Position numbers and translations under genes: made by a program. DNA of 16,496 bases from Candidatus Tenderia sp. (GTDB lineage: Bacteria > Pseudomonadota > Gammaproteobacteria > Tenderiales > Tenderiaceae): positions 1 through 16,496 of the forward strand of contig JANOSY010000016.1 of NCBI GenBank assembly GCA_031416075.1, read 5' to 3'. The notes below the pieces were generated by a model. The model had not been told where the DNA came from and ran no database searches. It worked only from the letters and a program-made list of their open reading frames with translations. This document shows, piece after piece, positions 7,512 to 15,177 of the stretch (its first letter is position 1; each line of letters begins with the position of its first letter).

Positions 7512-10175
7512 ATGCCGGTGAATAAAAATACCTTTCTGAGCAAGGGGAACTTTGCGGGAATCGCAGGGCTGGTGTTTGCCTATGTTGTGTTAGGTAAGTT
7601 GGCGCTGCTGCTGGCGATTTCACCGGGGTATGCAACGGCACTTTTTCCATCGGCAGGGTTGGCTGTTGCGGCGGTACTGTTATGGGGTAAGCGGTTATTG
7701 CCCGGCGTTTTTTTAGGATCATTTTTTCTCAATCTTTGGATTAATATTGAGTCGGGTTATCCACTGCTCTCAATTACCACGCTGGTGGTATTGGCCATCG
7801 CGGCAGGGGCGTTGTTGCAAGCAGCGGTTGGTGCTTCATTAATCCGGCTTTATATTGGCTTTCCCAATGGTTTAACAGGTGAAAAAGAGGTCATCTGTTT
7901 TTTAATGCTGGCAGGGCCGCTGGCGTGTCTGGTGGGAGCATCGGTGGGGGCAGCCGCCTTACTGTTTGGTGGTGTAGTTGCACCAGAGCTGTTTTTATTC
8001 AGCTGGTTGACATGGTGGGTTGGCGATGTGATTGGTGTGGTAGTCATGGCACCGTTATTGTTGATCTTTTTTGCCCAGCCAAGACAGTTATGGCGATCAA
8101 GAGTCGTAACAGTTGCCGTTCCTCTGATTGTTACTTGCCTGGTGGTTGCTGCTGTCTTTGTACGAGTTAGCCAGAGTGAGTCTGCGGATATGCAGTCCCA
8201 GTTTCGCACAGAATCTGCTGCAATGCTGGCGGCGGTCAAATCACAGCTTAATGGTTATCATAGAGAGTTATTGGCGCTAGAGCGTTTTTATGCGGCATCC
8301 GTCTTTGTTGATCGGGACGAGTTTAGAAGTTTTGTTGCACCAGTACTGGCTAATCATGCCGGTCTTCAAGCGCTGGAGTGGTTGCCGCGCGTGAGCCATT
8401 TACAGCGCCAGCAATTTGAAGCAGAGATGAAAGCCACGGGTTATCCCCAATATCAGCTGACAGAACTGGACACAGCTCAGAATATTGTTGTTGCAGCAGT
8501 GCGTGAAGAATATTTTCCGGTGGCGTATGTTGAGCCATACCTGGGTAATGAACAGGTGCTTGGTTACGATGCTGCATCCAATATGGCGCGAATGGCTGGA
8601 TTGGCGCAGGCGCGTGATAGTGGTGCTGTTGCAATGACAGCGCCGCTTGAGCTGATACAGTTTGGCATGGTGGAGAAGGGGGCGTTGCTGTTAATGCCTG
8701 TGTATGAAAAAGGGCCCTTGCCGGAGACAGTGTTGTTGCGGCATGAACGTACCATGGGTTTTTTGATTGGTGTGTTTAATTTTAGGGATATGGTTAACGC
8801 CTCCCTCACCCCTTTTCCGAAAGATACTTTTATGCTGCGGGTTGTCGATGTGACAGAGAGCCTCGAGGCATTTCCGGTGTATGGTGATGTGAATGGGGCT
8901 TTTGACAAATACGCCTCGGTGTTTGGTTGGAGCGGTTTGATTCAGATTGGTGGACGAACGCTTCAGCTCTCTTTTTCGCCATCGGAAAAATATATTCATC
9001 AAAATCGTAGTTGGCAAGCGTGGATGGTATTGGTGTGGGGCCTGATATTTGCGGGCATGTTAGGTGCTTTGCTGTTGATCATCAGCGGTCGTGATAGCAA
9101 GGTACAGCAGTTGGTTGATAATCAGACGGAGGAGTTGCGGTTGATTTTTGACCACATGTATTGCGGAATAGTTGTTTTTGATGAGCATGGTCTGATTGTA
9201 TCGGTTAATCCGGCAGCAGAAAGGTTGTTTGGTTGTAGCCGTGCCGAGATGTTGAGAATGCCCCTGACGCGGTTTATGCCTGATATAGCAAAATATGAAA
9301 TGGCAGAGTGGGTAGTAAAAGAGTCTTTTATTGCTAAGCGTGGTGAGGCGGCGGTGTTGTGTAAAGATGGTAGTAAATTGCCTGTTGAATTTTCTGTTAG
9401 CGAGATTGTGTTGGCTGACAGTAAGTTTTATATCAGCACACTGAGTGATATGAGCAGGGATAAACAGTTGGAACGTACAAAAAATGAGTTTATAGCTACA
9501 GTGAATAGAGAGTTGCGCCCCTCTATTGCCGCCATTCGTGGGGCTGTGAATTTATTTGATAGCGGTGTTATGGGGGGGGTGCCACAGACAAAGCAGTCGA
9601 TAGATGCGCTAATAACAACTGTTACTACTAATAACAGGCGGCTGGAAGCCCTGATGAATGAGCTCACTGAGCTGGAACAGCTGGAGCTTGGTAATGGTGG
9701 TTTTGTTTTTTGTCGTCATGATGGCTGTCAGTTGATTAAAAAGGCGGTCGCATTAGCCAGCGATGTTGTTAGGCATCAAAAAATAGAGCTGCGATTTCAG
9801 CCGGGTATGGAGCAGGTGCCATTTTGGCTTGAGCTGGATGAGCAACGTTTTATTCAGGTGATAACAAGCCTGCTTTTAAGCGCGGTAAAGCAGTTGTCTG
9901 TTTTTGCAGAGGTGGTTGTGGCTGTGGTGATTGTTGATGCAGAGGTGGAGATACGGATCAGTGCTCAATCCCCCGTGACCCCCGTGGATGAGCACAGTCC
10001 GGATTTTGATGTACTTGAAACAACAGGAGCAAATGACAATCGCATACATGGCGGTGCAGGTATGGGGTTCAGTGTCGCCAAAATAATCACTGAAAAGATG
10101 GGAGGGCGTGCTGGTTTTACGATAGAAGAGAATGGGGCTGGATTTTTTTACACTCGTTTGCCTATAGCACCATAA
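7512..10175 (+). CDS. MASE1-CHASE-PAS membrane sensor with degenerate HisKA/HATPase_c module (putative pseudo-histidine kinase)
   Basis: MASE1: LFPSAG..., WLTWWVGDVIG. CHASE: QALEWLPRV, EEYFPVAYVEP..GNEQVLGYD. PAS: G.IVSVNPAAERLFG, KDGSKLPVE. H-box region reads KNEFIATVNRELR; G2 box GGAGMGFS. Confidence 0.88.
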   Translation: MPVNKNTFLSKGNFAGIAGLVFAYVVLGKLALLLAISPGYATALFPSAGLAVAAVLLWGKRLLPGVFLGSFFLNLWINIESGYPLLSITTLVVLAIAAGALLQAAVGASLIRLYIGFPNGLTGEKEVICFLMLAGPLACLVGASVGAAALLFGGVVAPELFLFSWLTWWVGDVIGVVVMAPLLLIFFAQPRQLWRSRVVTVAVPLIVTCLVVAAVFVRVSQSESADMQSQFRTESAAMLAAVKSQLNGYHRELLALERFYAASVFVDRDEFRSFVAPVLANHAGLQALEWLPRVSHLQRQQFEAEMKATGYPQYQLTELDTAQNIVVAAVREEYFPVAYVEPYLGNEQVLGYDAASNMARMAGLAQARDSGAVAMTAPLELIQFGMVEKGALLLMPVYEKGPLPETVLLRHERTMGFLIGVFNFRDMVNASLTPFPKDTFMLRVVDVTESLEAFPVYGDVNGAFDKYASVFGWSGLIQIGGRTLQLSFSPSEKYIHQNRSWQAWMVLVWGLIFAGMLGALLLIISGRDSKVQQLVDNQTEELRLIFDHMYCGIVVFDEHGLIVSVNPAAERLFGCSRAEMLRMPLTRFMPDIAKYEMAEWVVKESFIAKRGEAAVLCKDGSKLPVEFSVSEIVLADSKFYISTLSDMSRDKQLERTKNEFIATVNRELRPSIAAIRGAVNLFDSGVMGGVPQTKQSIDALITTVTTNNRRLEALMNELTELEQLELGNGGFVFCRHDGCQLIKKAVALASDVVRHQKIELRFQPGMEQVPFWLELDEQRFIQVITSLLLSAVKQLSVFAEVVVAVVIVDAEVEIRISAQSPVTPVDEHSPDFDVLETTGANDNRIHGGAGMGFSVAKIITEKMGGRAGFTIEENGAGFFYTRLPIAP

Positions 10176-10282
10176 ATGTTACTCCCTTAGATTTTGTGAC
10201 CATCGTTTTTTTTCAAGACTGACCGCTAATTTGACTGATGAATGGTCCGTAATGGGGTGGGTGGCTTTTTTAAAACAAAGAG

Positions 10283-10774
10283 ATGTTGGCAATGATCGAA
10301 GAGCTGTTATCTGTTGAGCCATTGAGTTGGTTGGGCTTGCTAAGTGCGATGCTGTCAGGCGCCATTATAGGATTGGAGCGTCAGATGCTGGGCAAACCGG
10401 TGGGAATTCGTACCTCCATGTTGATCTGTGTGGGAACCTATATTTTCATTGCCACTTCTAACTCTGTTGCTACAGGTGTCACCGACCCCTCCCGGGTGAT
10501 TGGGCAGGTGGTCACAGGTATCGGTTTTCTCGGCGCGGGAGTGATGTTGTCACGAGATGGTTTTGTTTATGGTGTTACCTCTGCATCAGCTATCTGGATA
10601 CTTGCAGCGGTGGGTGTGGTTATCGGCTCGGAGCGGTATCTCACGGGGATTAAATTGGCAGTGTTGGCCGTGGTGATTCTGGTTGGGGTTGACATGCTGG
10701 AGAATAGCTTCAAAGCAATGCGTCGTGGTGTTCATGCTAAGCTTAGCTCAGGCAAGCAGGAGGGGAACGAGTAG
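10283..10774 (+). CDS. MgtC/SapB family membrane protein (short form)
   Basis: GAIIGLERQ, KPVGIRT, DPSRVIGQVVTGIGFLGAG and GVTSASAIW motifs. Confidence 0.93.
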   Translation: MLAMIEELLSVEPLSWLGLLSAMLSGAIIGLERQMLGKPVGIRTSMLICVGTYIFIATSNSVATGVTDPSRVIGQVVTGIGFLGAGVMLSRDGFVYGVTSASAIWILAAVGVVIGSERYLTGIKLAVLAVVILVGVDMLENSFKAMRRGVHAKLSSGKQEGNE

Positions 10775-10860
10775 GTCTTGATTGAGCGTTATTTTCTAAA
10801 GTGAATGCGAAGTGCGGGAGGGTTTATTTTAAATCGCTTATTGTGTGAGGCCATTAAAGC

Positions 10861-10886
10861 AAAAGCCCCGGTAAGACCGAGGCTTT
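10861..10886 (-). terminator. Rho-independent terminator of the PEP-CTERM gene (possibly bidirectional)
   Basis: Minus strand AAAGCCTCGGT-CTT-ACCGGGGCTTTT hairpin with one G-U pair and a T-rich tail, between convergent genes. Confidence 0.78.
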
Positions 10887-10916
10887 AACATCTACTTATA
10901 ATGAGAAAAATTGGAA

Positions 10917-11573
10917 TTACGCGGGTTTACGTTTTTTTGCGAATTTAAACCCTAAACCCATCAGGCCCAGTCCTATCAGAGCAATACTGGATGGCTCTGG
11001 AATGGATGGAGTTGGTGTCGGAGTGGGTGATACGGAGGTGCCATCAAATTGCACTTCACTCAGGCCTGTATAAAGTTCACCATAGTTGGTATCAAGGATA
11101 AGCTTGATGTATTGGGCAGTGGTGTTGAGAGTGAGTGTTTCTCCGGGATAAGGATCCCCAACAGGTATCGTCAACACGGTATTTATGACTGAAAAATAGT
11201 TGATGTTGTCAAGAGACGCCTCAATAATCAGATTTTTGACAGACCGATCTATGCCGCAGCAACCGTCGCCATAGTTCCATATCGTGCTTGAGCTAACATC
11301 AAACACTGAGCCTAAATTAAAGATAAGGGTTGGGGCAGGAGAGCCGACGGTTGATGGACGTTCTTCGGATAACCACTTGTTTTGCGCGTCGCCGAGGTGC
11401 AAACCACCAGAAAGCCCTGATCCGTCGATCAGGTTATTGGCATTGTATATTCCGGTTCCGAAGGTGCTGCTGGCGGTTACGTCAGCTACGGTGATGATTC
11501 CAGCATAAGCCGAAGAGGTCAGAGATGCCGCTGCAAATAAAGTGGCCCCGATAAACAGGTTTTTTGTTTTCAT
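10917..11573 (-). CDS. PEP-CTERM sorting-domain protein with a discoidin/galactose-binding-like beta-sandwich
   Basis: Signal peptide ending AYA, Pro/Thr linker, then IPEPSSIALIGLGLMGLGF-KFAKKRK. The core (A.NLIDG..W..L.F.LG..IWNY..AQYIKL..GLSEVQF) resembles the F5/8-type-C fold. Confidence 0.93.
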   Translation of the reverse strand: MKTKNLFIGATLFAAASLTSSAYAGIITVADVTASSTFGTGIYNANNLIDGSGLSGGLHLGDAQNKWLSEERPSTVGSPAPTLIFNLGSVFDVSSSTIWNYGDGCCGIDRSVKNLIIEASLDNINYFSVINTVLTIPVGDPYPGETLTLNTTAQYIKLILDTNYGELYTGLSEVQFDGTSVSPTPTPTPSIPEPSSIALIGLGLMGLGFKFAKKRKPA

Positions 11574-11609
11574 GGTAAATCCTTGGTAAGAGTGCCCCTT
11601 GGGTTTGTA

Positions 11610-11625
11610 AGCAATAATCGAGCCA
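11610..11625 (-). promoter_or_regulatory. Sigma-54 (-24/-12) promoter of the PEP-CTERM gene
   Basis: Minus strand TGGCTCGATTATTGCT versus consensus TGGCACG-N4-TTGCW, with exact GG-N10-GC spacing, about 36 nt upstream of the ATG. Confidence 0.85.
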
Positions 11626-11687
11626 TGTTAATAGCTGATTGTTTTTATTGTAGTTATGATTTTTAGACAGGCTGATTGCCTTAGGGA

Positions 11688-11704
11688 TGTAAAAAAAATC
11701 GACG
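11688..11704 (-). promoter_or_regulatory. Putative enhancer-binding-protein site (PEP-CTERM box, PrsR-type)
   Basis: Minus strand CGTCGATTTTTTTTACA, a 17-bp TGT-N11-ACA-like element about 60 bp upstream of the -24 box. It matches my recollection of the motif described upstream of PEP-CTERM genes. Confidence 0.7.
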
Positions 11705-12213
11705 GTCTTTAAGTCGGCCGGCTCTATCCCGTTCCGTAGTTTAGATCAAGTGAGGTCGGTAAGTTTGTGGAGAGGGCCGTTTGGGTATTTAGTACGTGCG
11801 TGTGTCGATTTTGTGCGGTGGGGACATGGTTTTTTTGGATGGTGCTTTTGCTATCTCTTAAAGAATCTTCATTTTTTTAGGGTTATTTTTATACGCCGAG
11901 TTTTTGGCTGGGTTTGATGTGTAGCAGGATGGGCAATCCAACGTTGGTTTTACTGTTGTGTATCAATGACTGGGTTAGATGCGTGTCAAGCCTAAACTGC
12001 AACCCTGAGTGTGGTTTTTGCCGTGAATACTACTCCCAGAGTCTTTCCCTGATAACCCTGTGAGCCACATTGGTTATTAATAATAAATAACCTGATTTGC
12101 AAAGTAAGGTCGTTATACTCATTCGTTGTAGAGTGATGTTGGATGATTTCAAGTTTAGTGTTGAAAAAATGGCTGTTTAAAAACCATACTGACTACGTAA
12201 AAATCAAGGGAAG

Positions 12214-13914
12214 ATGATGATGATATTGAGAAGATGGCTAATAGTTGCAATTATTTTATGTTTTTCACATGTTGCTGCGGCACAACCCTCTGCCATGGAG
12301 AAGAGTGGGGTGCCACGGGATGTTGGGAAAAAGGTTGAACGGACGCTGGTCTCAAAAAATTATCAGAGTATTAAAGGCGCAGCAAAGGCAAAGGGTGGCA
12401 CCGTTCAGCCGTTCATCGTTGGTGGATCAGATGCGGTTGCTGGTGAGTACCCATGGATGACGGCGCTGTTGTTCTCTTTTGAGCCAGATGGGTTCCAGGC
12501 ACAATTTTGTGGTGGTACTTTAATCAGGGCAGATCTGGTGGTGACGGCGGCCCACTGTGTCGACGGGTTAACTGATCCCAGCCAAATTGACGTGGCTGTT
12601 GGGGCCTATAATTTATCTGATATTACGGCGCAAGAGAGGATTCCCATACTGGGTATCTTTATCCACCCGGATTATGACAGCGTGGCTGTTGATAATGATA
12701 TTGCTGTACTGAAGTTGGCGCGCAATGCCAGCCAGTCGCCTATACCGTTGATGAGCCCCAGCCTTATGCAGACACTTATGCCGGGTAATCTGATGACGGT
12801 GTCAGGCTGGGGAACATTGCAGGAAGATTCGGGATTTTTCCCCGATACCCTGCAGAAGGTGCAAGTACCGTTGGTGAATAATTTGGTGTGTGAGCAGGCG
12901 CTCAGCAGTTTTGATCCCTCTATCAGTCTGACGCAGAATCAGATATGCGCGGGTTATGTTGCTGGTGGAAAAGACTCTTGCCAAGGTGACAGTGGTGGTC
13001 CGCTGGTATATCCAGTGAGTGGCACAACTTATCTGACGGGTATTGTTAGCTGGGGGATTGGTTGCGCACTGCCAGAGGCTTATGGGGTGTACACCAAGGT
13101 CAGCAATTATTATGACTGGGCGCAAAGTGTTGTGGATACCCTGTATGCTCCAAATAATTACAACTTTAAGAATGTAGGGGTTTCGAAAAAGAGTAAGTGG
13201 ACGGCAACGGTACGGAATCTTGCCAACAATATTGCGGTTGTTCAGGATGTCAGAATTAGCGGTGACTCTTCTTATCGTATTAAGGAAGATGGATGCAGTG
13301 GCAAGGTATTAAACCCGTTGGCTGAGTGCAACATTGAAATAAAATTCAAACCCCGTTCCCCGGGTGTTAAAACAGCCACGGTGACGATATTGCAGAATAA
13401 TGGAAAAATCCTCAGGATTAAATTGACCGGTTTAGGGTTGGCAGAGGTTGAAGCTAATTCGGCATTAGATACAGATGATTTAACCTGGTACTCAGGTGGT
13501 GATGCCGCCTGGAGTGCCAGTCGCACAGCTGGAAGTGTTAATTCAAAGGCGATGCGTAGTGGGAAAATAGTGGATAACCAAGCCACTCACATAATGACCT
13601 ATCTTAAGGGGCCGGGTGAGTTAACTTTCCGTTGGAAGGCCTCTAGTGAAGTGAATTATGACTACTATGATCTTTTGATTGATGGCCAGCTTGTTAATTA
13701 TATTTCAGGCGAGGTTGGCTGGAAAACTGAAACGGTTGTTCTTGGTAGGGGGACTCATGCAATCACCTGGAGTTATGCTAAGGATGAGTTTGTTGCTGAG
13801 GGAATGGATGCGGCTTGGTTAGATAAGGTGGTCTGGAAGCGTAGTAAATCAGGTCCTGATAAATCTGACGACGATGACCACGATGACGACCACGACGAGG
13901 ATGACGACGATTAG
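12214..13914 (+). CDS. Secreted trypsin-like serine protease (S1A) with C-terminal Ig-like and beta-sandwich domains and an Asp/His tail
   Basis: Signal peptide, IVGG, FCGGTL, TAAHC, DNDIAVLKL, KDSCQGDSGGP and GIVSWGIGC. Followed by an Ig-like segment (C..LNPLAEC.I.IKF.P...G) and a WYSGG...FRWKASSE..YD...W.YAKD domain. The start may be 12214, 12217 or 12220. Confidence 0.95.
   Translation: MMMILRRWLIVAIILCFSHVAAAQPSAMEKSGVPRDVGKKVERTLVSKNYQSIKGAAKAKGGTVQPFIVGGSDAVAGEYPWMTALLFSFEPDGFQAQFCGGTLIRADLVVTAAHCVDGLTDPSQIDVAVGAYNLSDITAQERIPILGIFIHPDYDSVAVDNDIAVLKLARNASQSPIPLMSPSLMQTLMPGNLMTVSGWGTLQEDSGFFPDTLQKVQVPLVNNLVCEQALSSFDPSISLTQNQICAGYVAGGKDSCQGDSGGPLVYPVSGTTYLTGIVSWGIGCALPEAYGVYTKVSNYYDWAQSVVDTLYAPNNYNFKNVGVSKKSKWTATVRNLANNIAVVQDVRISGDSSYRIKEDGCSGKVLNPLAECNIEIKFKPRSPGVKTATVTILQNNGKILRIKLTGLGLAEVEANSALDTDDLTWYSGGDAAWSASRTAGSVNSKAMRSGKIVDNQATHIMTYLKGPGELTFRWKASSEVNYDYYDLLIDGQLVNYISGEVGWKTETVVLGRGTHAITWSYAKDEFVAEGMDAAWLDKVVWKRSKSGPDKSDDDDHDDDHDEDDDD
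13867..13911 (+). repeat. Low-complexity GAY/CAC codon repeat encoding DDDDHDDDHDEDDDD
   Basis: gacgacgatgaccacgatgacgaccacgacgaggatgacgacgat directly before the stop codon. Confidence 0.85.
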
Positions 13915-13972
13915 TCTTTGTGATGGCGCCTTCCGTTCAAGAGGGCGCTAGTTGTTATTTTATGGCAAGAAT

Positions 13973-14002
13973 AAAAAAGCCGTCCATGAGGACGGCTTTT
14001 TT
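13973..14002. terminator. Bidirectional rho-independent terminator
   Basis: AAAAAAGCCGTCC-ATGA-GGACGGCTTTTTT, a perfect hairpin with A/T tails between convergent genes. Confidence 0.92.
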
Positions 14003-14022
14003 ACATTGGTACGTAGTAAGGG

Positions 14023-15063
14023 CTAACGCTTGTAACCACTCACCATGATAAAAGGGCTGGGGGGTGCCATCTGTGTTGATTTGATATCAACAAACCCCAC
14101 TTCACTTAGGATTGCTTCCATTTCGGTGGTGGAGTATGAGGTGCCGGAGACGGTGTTGATCACCTGGTTGACGCCGATCAGCGCAGCCAGTTGTGGCCCC
14201 TTTTTGTCCGCGTGCAGCAGCTGCTCCTGAATCATAATGACACCACCCTTGTTCATGGAGTCGTAACATTTTTTCAGCAGTTTTTTAATGTTCTCCGGTG
14301 ACTCCTGATTGGTCATGGAGGAGAGCAGCATGGCGTCGTTGCCCTCACCGAGTGAGTCGGTATTGTAGTCGCCAGGCAGTAACTGAACGCGGTCGTTCAT
14401 TTTGTATTCGTCGACGATGTTCTGTGCGATCTTTAAGTTCTGTTCGCGGTCCATGGCAACAGCATTCAGCCCTTCGTAACGTTCGCAGAATTTCACGGCG
14501 AAGGTTGCGGGGCCACAACCGACATCTACCAACTTCTTTTTACCGGTGAGGTTGATCATACTGGTGAGCACGTCGGACTGCGACAGTGCGCGGTTGTGCA
14601 TGCCCATCATATAGTTGTAGGTCTCTTCGTCGCTGTATGTCTGATGCATCAGTGCTGACGGTTTGCCACTCTTGACAGTATCGTAGAGTCCACCCCAGGC
14701 CTCGTACCAGTTTTCAAACATGTAGACGATGCCGCCCTGGTAAAACTTGCTGGAACTGGTGAGGAAAGTCTGGCCAAACTGATTGTTGTGGAAGGTGTCG
14801 CCATTACGGTCAAGAAACTCCATCGAGACCAATGCGCTTAACAGTGCACCGAGGCAGCGGCGATCAGATTCGGTTTCGCGCGTCAGTTGATCCAGATCTT
14901 TGGGTTGCCCATCCAAGCGGTTAAAAATATCAAGACGGTTGGCTGCGTGTAGTACGCACGATTGCCAATAGCCAGAGGCGACTTGCATCACCTTCATTGG
15001 GTCCATGCCATCGGGTAGTCCCCAGCTACCGTTATCCTTCTCTTTGCCCCATGAGTCTGTCAT
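14023..15063 (-). CDS. SAM-dependent methyltransferase, O-methyltransferase (Methyltransf_2) fold with N-terminal dimerisation wHTH
   Basis: GYWQSCVLHAANRLDIF..L N-domain, LVDVGCGPA SAM motif, PGDY and KKCYDSMNKGG. ATG 15063 (MTDSW) preferred over the ORF-track start at 15144. Confidence 0.9.
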   Translation of the reverse strand: MTDSWGKEKDNGSWGLPDGMDPMKVMQVASGYWQSCVLHAANRLDIFNRLDGQPKDLDQLTRETESDRRCLGALLSALVSMEFLDRNGDTFHNNQFGQTFLTSSSKFYQGGIVYMFENWYEAWGGLYDTVKSGKPSALMHQTYSDEETYNYMMGMHNRALSQSDVLTSMINLTGKKKLVDVGCGPATFAVKFCERYEGLNAVAMDREQNLKIAQNIVDEYKMNDRVQLLPGDYNTDSLGEGNDAMLLSSMTNQESPENIKKLLKKCYDSMNKGGVIMIQEQLLHADKKGPQLAALIGVNQVINTVSGTSYSTTEMEAILSEVGFVDIKSTQMAPPSPFIMVSGYKR

Positions 15064-15177
15064 TGGATGTCTCTCTGAATTTTTTGTTAAAAAATAGCGT
15101 GCCAATATGCAGGATGACCCCTGTTTTGTCCAGTCTGCAACCACATCCTGATATCGCGGGCATAGTACAATCAGGCC

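Noticed and set aside
7390-7722. 110-aa minus-strand ORF
   Set aside because: It overlaps the sensor gene start and its promoter, and has no motif.
11925-12005. c-di-GMP-I riboswitch (GGGCAA...GCCTAAAC echoes)
   Set aside because: It lacks the GAAA tetraloop stem and the GCAAA junction, and the pairing cannot be built. A cmscan against Rfam would settle it.
13926-13948. Hairpin GCGCCTTC-N7-GAGGGCGC after the protease stop
   Set aside because: It has no adjacent U-tract and a much better terminator follows at 13973. At most an mRNA-stabilising stem.
14023-15063. Assignment as dsyB, bchU or crtF
   Set aside because: Only fold-level similarity; no diagnostic motifs and no photosynthesis or DMSP gene context.
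15090-15104. Sigma-54 promoter for the O-methyltransferase (TGGCACG on the minus strand)
   Set aside because: The -24 box is perfect, but the -12 position reads TTTT instead of TTGC, so it is not called.
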